Of a stretch of DNA of 64,000 nt, positions 55,433 through 64,000 are shown piece after piece; the first letter of the stretch is position 1, and every line of letters starts with the position of its first letter. The notes beneath the pieces are model-generated. The model worked only from the letters and a program-made list of their open reading frames with translations. It was not told where the DNA came from and searched no databases. A program made the translations under genes and the position numbers. Source of the DNA: a virus (taxonomy: Duplodnaviria; Caudoviricetes); the IMG/VR virus record IMGVR_UViG_3300032269_000703, positions 1-64,000 of that record; one strand, 5' to 3'.

Positions 55433-56851
55433 ATGGCTAGAAAATTTTTAACCCCAATTGATCTCAATAAACTTGAGCTTCAAAATGTGGCTTTGCAAAA
55501 CCTTAGCTCAGACCCAGGTACGCCAGCTACTGGTCAAATCTACTTTAACACCGGTGGAACCGTTAAGGTATACAACGGCAGCGCTTGGCTATCTCTTAGC
55601 ACTACAAGCGGAACTGTAACCTCTGTAACGGGTACTTCTCCAGTTGTTTCTAGCGGTGGAACTACTCCAGCTATTTCTTTAGCTTCTGGCTACGGTGATA
55701 CCCTAAACCCATATGCCACTAAAACTAATAACTATGTTTTGGCTGGTGCCGCTTCTGGTGGCTCAACTGCGCCTACATTCCGTGCGTTAGATAAAGCCGA
55801 TATCCCTAGCACTCTTAATGCCACTACTTTTGGTGGAAATATCTCTTTGGGAAGCACTACCGGAAGCAACGGTTATAACATTACTGGGCTTAATAACCCA
55901 ATCAACGCTTATGATGCGGTAAATAAATCTTATGTAGACCAAGTTGCTACCGGTATCAATGCTCACGAAGCAGTGGCTTACGCATCAACTACTAATATTT
56001 CTGGAACTTACAACAACGGCACCGCCGGTGTAGGAGCAACTCTTACAGGTACTGGCTCAATCGTAATTGACGGATATACCGTTGTTTCGGGTGATGCCGG
56101 TACAAACGTTTCTATAAGCAACTCTACTGGATTACGCCTTCTGTTGAAGGACCAGACTCTTACTGATCAAAACGGTATTTATGCTGTAACTGCTTGCGTA
56201 TCTGGAACTAGCTGGACACTTACCCGTGCGTATGACTATGACGCTTTGGGAGAGGTAGCTGCTGGTGACTTTACTTATATCCTTAATGGAAATGCTAACG
56301 GTAAGTTTACTTGGATTCAAGTTAGTAAGCCTGCTGCTATTAGCGGTGTTGGTACTTTAGCTAACGCTATTAGCTTCTCAATTCTTTCTAACGGTAACAT
56401 TAGCGGTACTGTAGCAGTTAACCAAGGTGGTACTGGAGCAACAACTCTTACTGGGGTTCTTAAAGGTAATGGTACTTCTGCATTTACTGCGGCTGTTGCT
56501 GGAACTGACTATATTGCTCCATACGGCAGCACTACTGCAAATACTTTCCTTGCTGCTCCAAATGGTACGGCTGGAACACCTACATTCCGTGCGGTTGTTT
56601 ATGCTGACCTACCTACTAACGTAGGCGTTGTTGCACGTAAAGTATCTCTTGTGGGTACCGGTACAGGACAGACTATCGCTTTGACTCACGGTCTTGGAAC
56701 TAACCTAGTTACTGCTCAGGTTTACGATACTTCAACATCAACTGCTACTTTAGTAGATACAGACATCACTGTAACTAGCACAGTCGCTACTGCTACTTTT
56801 GCATCTGCCTCAACTACACTAAGCAACTATACACTCGTTGTAATTGGATAA
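55433..56851 (+). CDS. Fibre/whisker-type virion protein
   Basis: DAVNKSYVD, LLKDQT...QNGIY...LTRA, V..GGTGATTLTG and PTFRA motifs. Confidence 0.7.
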   Translation: MARKFLTPIDLNKLELQNVALQNLSSDPGTPATGQIYFNTGGTVKVYNGSAWLSLSTTSGTVTSVTGTSPVVSSGGTTPAISLASGYGDTLNPYATKTNNYVLAGAASGGSTAPTFRALDKADIPSTLNATTFGGNISLGSTTGSNGYNITGLNNPINAYDAVNKSYVDQVATGINAHEAVAYASTTNISGTYNNGTAGVGATLTGTGSIVIDGYTVVSGDAGTNVSISNSTGLRLLLKDQTLTDQNGIYAVTACVSGTSWTLTRAYDYDALGEVAAGDFTYILNGNANGKFTWIQVSKPAAISGVGTLANAISFSILSNGNISGTVAVNQGGTGATTLTGVLKGNGTSAFTAAVAGTDYIAPYGSTTANTFLAAPNGTAGTPTFRAVVYADLPTNVGVVARKVSLVGTGTGQTIALTHGLGTNLVTAQVYDTSTSTATLVDTDITVTSTVATATFASASTTLSNYTLVVIG

Positions 56852-56854
56852 TAA

Positions 56855-58642
56855 ATGACTAAAAAAATATTAACTGACCTAGATGCTACTGGTCGTACAA
56901 TAACTGCTGGTATTTTTTCTGGAGTTGCTAATAATGACACAATAAATACTATTACCGGTGCAACATCAACAGCATCATTTTGGTCAGATGTTACTACTGG
57001 AACAATCGGCGTTGGAACAGGCGTAACTACTGGAACAATTAGCATTGGAACTGGGCTTACAACTGGAAGAGTAGACATTGCAGTAGGTTCTGGTTCTACG
57101 CCAACTAGCACTGTAAATATTAATACTGGTAAATCTGGTAGTCAAAATGTAATTACAAATATTGGCAGTGGTACTTTGGGTGGGACAATAAATCTTTATA
57201 CAGGTGCTTCTGGAGTTATTTTAAATGGAACCGCCTTAATTAAAACCCCAACTGCTATTACTTCTGGTTCCTCAATAGGGTTATCTATTACAACTGGTTC
57301 AGGTGCTTTAGGTGCTAACAGCGGGTCTGTAACTATTGACGCTGGTCAGATACCAACAGGTGCTGGAACTGCTGGAACTGTTCTTATTGGGAATAACTAT
57401 GCAACAAGTTTAACAATTGGTAGAAGTAATATTACTACTACAATAAATGGAACATTGGCAACTACTAGCCCATCAATTACTACTTCTTTAACAACCCCCT
57501 CAACCTCGTTTGATTTATTAAATACTACTGCAACGACAATAAACGCTTTTGGTGCCGCAACAACACTTACTATTGGTGCAGCAACCGCAAGTACTGTATC
57601 AATAGGTTCAGCGGCTACCTCTGTTACTTTAGGGCAAGGTTCAAGTAACTTAAATGCTAATAAATCTGTAAATATTGCTGGGTCAACAGGATCAAACGCA
57701 GTATCAACAGGAGTTACTTCAAGTCTTACTTTAAACAATTATTATTCAATTATTGGTACTTCTACTACGTATATTGGTGGAGGGTATTCACTCACTGGAA
57801 CATCAACAATTAACATTGGTACTTTTTCTGGTTCTGTTAGTGGTACAAACAATATTACTATTGGGTCTTCACCAGGAACTACTACAATAAATGGAACTCT
57901 TGTAGCGTCTGCTCCTGCTGGTTCTCTCACAGGTACGTCTTTACCCGCTGCAATTACGTCTGCTTCTGGGTTAGCAACCGTTGGAACTATTACTTCGGGT
58001 ACTTGGAATGGTACTGCTATTACCTCTCAATATGGAGGTACTGGTCAATCTGGCTCAAGCCCATTTACGCAGTATGGTGTTACTTACGCTTCTACTGCAA
58101 CCGCTTTAGCACAAACTGCTGCTGGTACTGCTGGTCAAGTATTAACTTCTAACGCTACTTCTGCACCTACTTGGTCAGACAAAGGGTATACCCTAATTTC
58201 AGCTGTTGCATTTTCTGGTTCTGCACCATCTTTTACATCGATACCGCAAACATATAAAAAACTTGTAGTACAAATTAAATTTGATTCAATAGGTACTTTT
58301 TCTGCAAGTTGTTATCTTACTGTAAATAATAATGCAGTTATTTATGCCACACTTTATTCAGTAGGTTCAACAACAGCAACTACCTCTGCCACTGGTACCG
58401 ATACAGTTATTAGGTTAACTGCTCAATCTGTAACACCAATTGCAGGTGATTTAATGACAGTTGAAATACCAAATTATACAGGGTCAAGACCAACTATATG
58501 GATATCTGGTGGATATAGTGCTTCTTCACAAACAAGATGGGGTGTTGCTTCTACCGCAGCAGCAATTACTCAAGTTAGTTTTGGAGCATCTGCTTCTTGG
58601 GGTACTGGTGCTGGAACTGCTTATTTATACGGGGTGAACTAA
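56855..58642 (+). CDS. Tail fibre / receptor-binding protein
   Basis: Thr/Gly/Ser-rich beta repeats (TINIG); C-terminal SIPQTYKKL...AITQV...LYGV. Confidence 0.7.
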   Translation: MTKKILTDLDATGRTITAGIFSGVANNDTINTITGATSTASFWSDVTTGTIGVGTGVTTGTISIGTGLTTGRVDIAVGSGSTPTSTVNINTGKSGSQNVITNIGSGTLGGTINLYTGASGVILNGTALIKTPTAITSGSSIGLSITTGSGALGANSGSVTIDAGQIPTGAGTAGTVLIGNNYATSLTIGRSNITTTINGTLATTSPSITTSLTTPSTSFDLLNTTATTINAFGAATTLTIGAATASTVSIGSAATSVTLGQGSSNLNANKSVNIAGSTGSNAVSTGVTSSLTLNNYYSIIGTSTTYIGGGYSLTGTSTINIGTFSGSVSGTNNITIGSSPGTTTINGTLVASAPAGSLTGTSLPAAITSASGLATVGTITSGTWNGTAITSQYGGTGQSGSSPFTQYGVTYASTATALAQTAAGTAGQVLTSNATSAPTWSDKGYTLISAVAFSGSAPSFTSIPQTYKKLVVQIKFDSIGTFSASCYLTVNNNAVIYATLYSVGSTTATTSATGTDTVIRLTAQSVTPIAGDLMTVEIPNYTGSRPTIWISGGYSASSQTRWGVASTAAAITQVSFGASASWGTGAGTAYLYGVN

Positions 58643-58833
58643 TGAATAAAGTTATAGAAGTAAATTGCGAAACTGGAGAAGTAACGGAAAGAGATGAAAC
58701 TCCAGAAGAAATTGCGGCAAGAGAGCAAGCCGCTCAACAAGAAGCAAAGGCATTAGCCACTAAAGAGTCTGCTCTAGCAAAACTTCAAGCCCTAGGACTA
58801 ACAGAAGAAGAAGTTAAGGTTCTACTGGGCTAA
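58642..58833 (+). CDS. Small fibre-associated (chaperone-like) protein
   Basis: MNKVIEVNCETGEVTERDETPEE...KLQALGLTEEEV. Confidence 0.65.
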   Translation: MNKVIEVNCETGEVTERDETPEEIAAREQAAQQEAKALATKESALAKLQALGLTEEEVKVLLG

Positions 58834-58873
58834 ATAAACCTTTACAATAAAAAAGAATACTTTAGGAGAAGCA

Positions 58874-59476
58874 ATGAGAAGCTCAGACATTCAAGGTCGA
58901 TTTAGTATGGACTATGAAGCTAAGTCTTTATATGAAGGTATTGCCGAAGATCTTGGCGGCACTGTAGGTACTGAAGTAAGCTGGTATAGATGGCAAGACT
59001 ACTACCTAGAAGAAAACTACAACGACATTGTGGATGACATCTATGATGTTTCTAGCTCTGTTCCTACTAAAGGTCGTAGATGGATGCTTCCTTTTAATTT
59101 TCCGGTAGTTATGGCTCAGCTCATTAGATCAACTAACGTAATGAATGAGCGCGGTTTCTATGTTACTGATACCCTTAGACTAGTCATAAATGTGGGAGAT
59201 GTACAAAGACTATTGCCTAGTATTTTAAGCAGCCCTAGCACCCACATTAAAGATAGAATTATATATAGAGACGAAGTTTTTACTCCTTCTCGTGTATTGC
59301 CTAGAGGTGCTTTTGGTTCTCGCTATTCTGTAGTGACTATTGATTGTAACCAGGTAAACAGCGAAGAGCTAGTAAACGACCCACAGTTTCAAAAGTATGC
59401 GTCTGCTACTAAAGCAGATCTTCGAACAATTGGCTATGGTAGCGGTAACTATGGCTCTGATCCTTATGGAGAGTAA
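58874..59476 (+). CDS. Probable head-closure / neck protein
   Basis: 200 aa in the morphogenesis block; [10 protein letters not shown]. Confidence 0.5.
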   Translation: MRSSDIQGRFSMDYEAKSLYEGIAEDLGGTVGTEVSWYRWQDYYLEENYNDIVDDIYDVSSSVPTKGRRWMLPFNFPVVMAQLIRSTNVMNERGFYVTDTLRLVINVGDVQRLLPSILSSPSTHIKDRIIYRDEVFTPSRVLPRGAFGSRYSVVTIDCNQVNSEELVNDPQFQKYASATKADLRTIGYGSGNYGSDPYGE

Positions 59477-59478
59477 AT

Positions 59479-60495
59479 ATGCCACTAGTTAAACCTACAA
59501 TTGGACAAACGTCCTGGGGTACTACCCTAAACGCTGCCCTAGATTACCTAGACACTAAAAACCAGTCAGGTTTCTACGGCTTTGATTATGAAATTCACGT
59601 TAGCCAAGTAGACGGAAATGACACTACGGGTAATGGTGACATTCTAAACCCAGTTGCTTCTATTACTAAAGCGTTGACTTTAGTAGGTTCACAACGTAAA
59701 ACAATTATTGTTCATCCAGGAACTTACGCTGAAAACCCATCAATAACAGTTCAGTACACAACCATAACTGGTCCTGGGCTTATTGGTGGAAACATCGTAA
59801 TCTCTGGAACTGTAAGCACAAACAAGGGTTGCACTATTGCAGGTATAAAGATGACCAACCTGACTGTGACCGCACCTAGCGGGACAGGAAATGTAAACAT
59901 CCTTAACTGTGAAGTTTCTGGAACTTTTACAAAAAGTAACAATGCTGACTACACCGTTCTTCGTTTGTGTGACCTTGCTGCCGCAAGCATCACTGGGTCT
60001 GGTCTAGTTGCCATCTTTGGTGGTAATCCAAACTTCATAACCGTCAACAACGCTAGTGCCAATGTAATTGTAAAAAGTGCTGTCACCGTTGCCCCTGTTC
60101 TAACTGCTGGAACTCTAAGCCTTGTAGATTCTGTAGTCGTTGCTGCTGTGACCAATGCCGTGACATCTGCTACCTCAAGCATTATCACATTAGCGAACTG
60201 TCAGTTTTTGACGTCAGCACTAAATGGTGTTGCCCCAGTTGTACTAAATGGTTTTTACTCAATATTTAACTGCGTGTTCGATAAGCCAAACTCAACTCTA
60301 GTAGCACTATCAGGAACTGGTGGTTCTACAGGGTCTGTTGACTACTTCCAATATGTAAACGCAGATAGACTTCTCATGCAAAATGGAACAGCACCTTCTG
60401 CCAACCTAACAGGCGGAGGCATTTTGTATGTAGAGGCTGGTGCTCTCAAGTACAGAGGCTCATCTGGAACTGTAACCACGCTAGGAGTGGCATAA
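59479..60495 (+). CDS. Beta-helix (pectate-lyase-like) virion protein
   Basis: [25 protein letters not shown]...IIVHPGTY. Confidence 0.65.
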   Translation: MPLVKPTIGQTSWGTTLNAALDYLDTKNQSGFYGFDYEIHVSQVDGNDTTGNGDILNPVASITKALTLVGSQRKTIIVHPGTYAENPSITVQYTTITGPGLIGGNIVISGTVSTNKGCTIAGIKMTNLTVTAPSGTGNVNILNCEVSGTFTKSNNADYTVLRLCDLAAASITGSGLVAIFGGNPNFITVNNASANVIVKSAVTVAPVLTAGTLSLVDSVVVAAVTNAVTSATSSIITLANCQFLTSALNGVAPVVLNGFYSIFNCVFDKPNSTLVALSGTGGSTGSVDYFQYVNADRLLMQNGTAPSANLTGGGILYVEAGALKYRGSSGTVTTLGVA

Positions 60496-62392
60496 TGAAT
60501 AAAGTAAAAACTCATAAAGTAAAAAAGACCGTGAATGGTAAAGGAAGTAAGCCAGTCAAAGATTACCACAAAGGCACTCTTTCTAAAGGCGAGCACGATG
60601 TAGCTTCTAAAAACGTTCACAAAAAGTACGGCATTACTGGTGATGGTCCTAAAAAACAGACAAGAGTCAGAGTAAAACACTAATGCCTTTTAAGTCTAAA
60701 GCTCAGCGTAGGTGGATGTATGCTAACGATCCTAAGATGGCTCAGGAATGGTCCAAAGAGACGCCAGGAGGCTCAAGGCTGCCCGAAAAGGTTAAGAGCC
60801 ATAAAAAGACCCATAGGAAGAAGAAGTAGCTTCTATGCCCCATTTAACAAAGATTAACCCTAGATTGCCAGAGTTCCTAGAAACTGGTGGAGGAGTACAA
60901 AAGATTATGAGTCATCTAGACGAATTACACGGAAAAGAAATAGCTGCAATGGCAGCCAGGCATGAGTATGAACTGCACTCTTTAAAGAAAAAGCACGCTG
61001 ATCAAAAGTCTGCTTCAATGGCTAAGCTTGCAAAACCTACCAAAGCTAAAGTAAGGACTAGTAAAAGTGCGCGTTAGAACTAAAGATGGCGAAGGTCATG
61101 TTATTACTAAGAAAAAGTCTGATAAAGGTATTGGTAAAAAAGGCGATGTTATAGTTGACCATACTGCTAAGAAAACAGGCAAGTATGATAAAATGAACCT
61201 AACTAAAGTTGCTGGATCTAAAACTGTAAAAGAGGGTGCCAAAGCAACTCGTAAATGGCATAAAGAAAACCCTAGAAAGAAGAAGTAATGGCATCTGGAA
61301 ATGAAAAACTAGAAGCGTTTTTTGCTGCTACTGAGGCAAAAAGTAATGCTGCTCGTGATAAGAGTGTAGCAAGACACCAGAAGAAACTAGACAGAAAGTT
61401 TGCTGGAAGAATCAGAAGAACTGCTCTTCCTGTGGCTGCAGGTACTGAAGGTATTGCTAAAGGAGCTGCTAAGGTATTTGAAGGCACTAGAAAAGAAGCA
61501 GTTATCCACAAGAGCCAGGGTGATGCAGCTAAGGCTGCCATTAATACTAAGTCAGTACAGGCTAAGTCTGCTAATGGTCCTGTAGGTCGTATGCTTGCTA
61601 GAAGAGTTGTTAAAAAGAACGTTAAGCGTGGAATGAAAGAAGGCGGTGAAGTTGCAAGACAAATGCTTGGAGCTGCCGCTAAGGATAATGCAAGGAGAAA
61701 TAGATAATGCCAGAATGTAAGTGCGAAAACTGTAAGTGTGGAAAGAAAGACGAAAATGGCGAGTAAGAAGCCTGCCCCAAAAAAGTCAACTAAAAAGGTA
61801 TCAGATCCAACACCGATCTATACCCAGGTAGTTAAAGCTAGGGGATTTGATCCTCTAAAAAACAAGCCGGAAAATACGGCTATGAAATCAATCCCCGCAA
61901 ATATGACGCGTAAATCAAACGCATCTAGACAGAAAAAAGGTAAGTAATGGCAACAACAAAGAAGTGCAGCTGTGGCAAGTGTGCTAGTTGTAAGAAGTCT
62001 TGGACAGACTCAAAGGCTGACAAGAAGCAAGACAAGAAGCTCGAAAAGGGCATGACAGCTGCTCAGAAGAAGAAGTTTGAAGCTGCTGACAAGAAGATGG
62101 ACGCTAAAAAGCCTTCTAAAAAGGCAGATGAGCGTATGGACAAGGCTTTAGCCAAGAAGATTAAAGGTAAGAAGTAATGGCAAATAGAGCAGGTAAAAAG
62201 CTAATTAAAAACGTTGCTAAGACAATGTCTACTCAGGCAACTTCAAAAGGTACTTATACTGGAGATCAGCTAAAAAGTGTTGTAAAGACTGGAACTAGCA
62301 TGGGTGTCTCTAAGAAGTCTATGCAAAAAGCAGTCACAAAAGGCTCTAAGCAAAGCATCAAGGATTTCAATAAAAAAATAAAATCCAAGTAA
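60495..62392 (+). other. Cluster of about nine small Lys-rich ORFs (starts 60495, 60683, 60835, 61067, 61288, 61707, 61756, 61947, 62177)
   Basis: Short, mostly TAATG-coupled, very basic ORFs, e.g. MPFKSKAQRRWMYANDPKMAQEW at 60683-60829. Confidence 0.65.
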
Positions 62393-62410
62393 CAAACACA
62401 AATAAAGTTT

Positions 62411-62437
62411 AGCCTGCCAAGTGCAGGCTTTTCTTTT
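62411..62437 (+). terminator. Intrinsic terminator after the basic-protein cluster
   Basis: AGCCTGC-CAAGT-GCAGGCT-TTTCTTTT. Confidence 0.75.
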
Positions 62438-62512
62438 ATCCTTAAATAGTAGTAATTCGTGCGAACTACTACCTATTAATTTAGAGCCTGCGCCTCGATT
62501 GGGGATTTGCAA

Positions 62513-62707
62513 ATGTCTGCGAAAAACGTTAAACCTTGGTGGGATAGAGTCAATGACTACTACCTATTTGATGAGCGTAAACAGTTCATCCGAGGTGCTG
62601 TTGGGTTTAAACCTAACAACCGTCAAGATGCTATGATGGCTCAAATAATTGCCGGGTACGTTAATTCAGAGTTTGCACAACCTAAATCGCTAGGCAAAAA
62701 GAGATGA
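62513..62707 (+). CDS. Hypothetical protein
   Basis: Start MSAKNVKPWW. Confidence 0.45.
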   Translation: MSAKNVKPWWDRVNDYYLFDERKQFIRGAVGFKPNNRQDAMMAQIIAGYVNSEFAQPKSLGKKR

Positions 62708-63015
62708 AGCACGTTCTAAAACACTTCCCACAGGCTGCAGCAGAGGCTGCTCGCTCTATGACGTATGATCTACGTAATAGCGCTATTGAGCACGGCTGGC
62801 ACCCTGATATTGCTAATAGCATTCACATTACTCACAATGGGTCTGAGTTTAAAGTACACGTTCCTAAAAAGCACAAACAAACTGTCCATGAATTAGAATA
62901 TGGTACAGAAACCCAAAGACCAACTGCAGTTTTGCGAAAGTTCAATAATAGACCTGAGTACATGGAAAAGGCTTTTTTAAAAAGCCTATCTAGGTTAACG
63001 AAAGGTAAACTATGA
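62704..63015 (+). CDS. Neck / tail-completion protein (HK97 gp10-like)
   Basis: VHELEYGTETQRP...LR motif. Confidence 0.6.
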   Translation: MKHVLKHFPQAAAEAARSMTYDLRNSAIEHGWHPDIANSIHITHNGSEFKVHVPKKHKQTVHELEYGTETQRPTAVLRKFNNRPEYMEKAFLKSLSRLTKGKL

Positions 63016-63716
63016 CTTTTTTACTTTCTGAAGATAAAGCACTTAGAGAATTGCTACAAGGAATTGTTGTTCATGACCAAAAAGCAGATGGTGCTGATAC
63101 ACCTCGTCAAGTAGGTGTTTGGTTTGGACAACCAGACCAGGAATTACGTTCACAGGTTTATCCTTACATCACTATTGATATGATTGACGTTGTTAGAGAA
63201 ACAGATCGTGAACAACGTGGATTATCTTCTCCAGAATACCTAACACCTGTTGGATTTGATGAAGAGACTATGAGCTATGTAATCCCTAAACCTATTCCGG
63301 TAAGCATCGATTACCAGATAACTACTTATGCTCGTCATCCTCGTCATGACAGAGAACTTATGACTCAACTTTTGTTTAGTAAATTACCACTTAGATTTGG
63401 CTGGCTAGAAATCACAGAGAAGACAGAAACTGTTGGAGATGTAACTACCAACACCAACACTCTGAGACGTCTAGACGTCATTAACGTTTCTAAAAGAGAC
63501 GTGACCGAACAAGCAAAACGCTTGTTTGTAAATGCAATAACTGTGCGTGTTTCAAGTGAAATCGCTCAGGAAACCGCTTCCACACTGTATAAAGTTAACT
63601 CAGGAGTTAACGTCTATGGTCCTACCACAACTACTGGTAGATCTGATAATCCTGATTACCTGTCATTTGGCTCGATCACCATTACGCCCCCAAACAATAT
63701 CACAAATAACAATTAA
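63012..63716 (+). CDS. Tail terminator / sheath-stabiliser-like protein
   Basis: YPYITIDMID...PVSIDYQITTY; directly upstream of the sheath gene. Confidence 0.65.
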   Translation: MTFLLSEDKALRELLQGIVVHDQKADGADTPRQVGVWFGQPDQELRSQVYPYITIDMIDVVRETDREQRGLSSPEYLTPVGFDEETMSYVIPKPIPVSIDYQITTYARHPRHDRELMTQLLFSKLPLRFGWLEITEKTETVGDVTTNTNTLRRLDVINVSKRDVTEQAKRLFVNAITVRVSSEIAQETASTLYKVNSGVNVYGPTTTTGRSDNPDYLSFGSITITPPNNITNNN

Positions 63717-63732
63717 TCTATAGGAGATAATT

Positions 63733-64000
63733 ATGGCGTTTTCACGTCCTGGCGTTTACGTAAGTGAGCGCGATCTACCAACACCAGTAACCAGTGTTGG
63801 AACCGCAAATGCTGCGGGTGCATGTATTGGCTACTTTTCAAAGGGTCCAGAGCTTATTACTAGAGTTGCATCATACTATGAGTTTGCTAGTATTTTTGGA
63901 GATCTTAATCCTCTTTATCCAGCTACTTATGGTGTAAGTCAGTTTTTCCAAAATGGTGGAGGCGAACTCTATGTTCGTCGTGTAACTAATGGTGCTGCTC
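63733..64000 (+). CDS. Contractile tail sheath protein (N-terminal part, truncated by the window)
   Basis: AGGAG RBS; MAFSRPGVYVSERD...IGYFSKGP...YEFASIFG...QFFQNGGGELYVRRV. Confidence 0.9.
   Translation, partial: MAFSRPGVYVSERDLPTPVTSVGTANAAGACIGYFSKGPELITRVASYYEFASIFGDLNPLYPATYGVSQFFQNGGGELYVRRVTNGAA

Overview
This window is a 64-kb segment of a large lytic dsDNA tailed phage. A contractile tail sheath gene starts at 63733, so the morphology is myovirus-like. The host is probably actinobacterial (inference from an MSMEG_6728-like glycosylase, NlpC/P60, FmdB and TAnnnT-type promoters). Layout: (1) 1-13954 (+): recombination and nucleotide-metabolism genes (Cas4-like nuclease, RuvC, SpoVS, nucleotidyltransferase, TGT-like protein, class II RNR) mixed with small hypotheticals. 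(2) 14006-25116 (-): an early-type region (NlpC/P60, HicA-like, pyrimidine-dimer glycosylase, HTHs, vWA/AAA pair). By eye, 16951-25807 lacks six common 4-bp palindromes yet is GATC-rich, and it ends in a GATC-dense noncoding block with tandem promoters. (3) 25846-34531 (+): an array of small stand-alone enzyme genes (about five ADP-ribosyltransferase-like, two GNAT, ParB/Srx, a Cys-His-Asp hydrolase, zinc ribbons) that share short N-terminal leader motifs. This is a candidate tagged effector delivery system. (4) Hsp20 followed by a promoter-driven cluster of structured ncRNAs, including a tmRNA tRNA-like domain with no mRNA-like domain. (5) Lysis genes, then TerL, portal, scaffold, MCP, neck, fibres, small basic proteins, tail terminator and sheath. 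All calls come from reading motifs by eye; no database searches were run.
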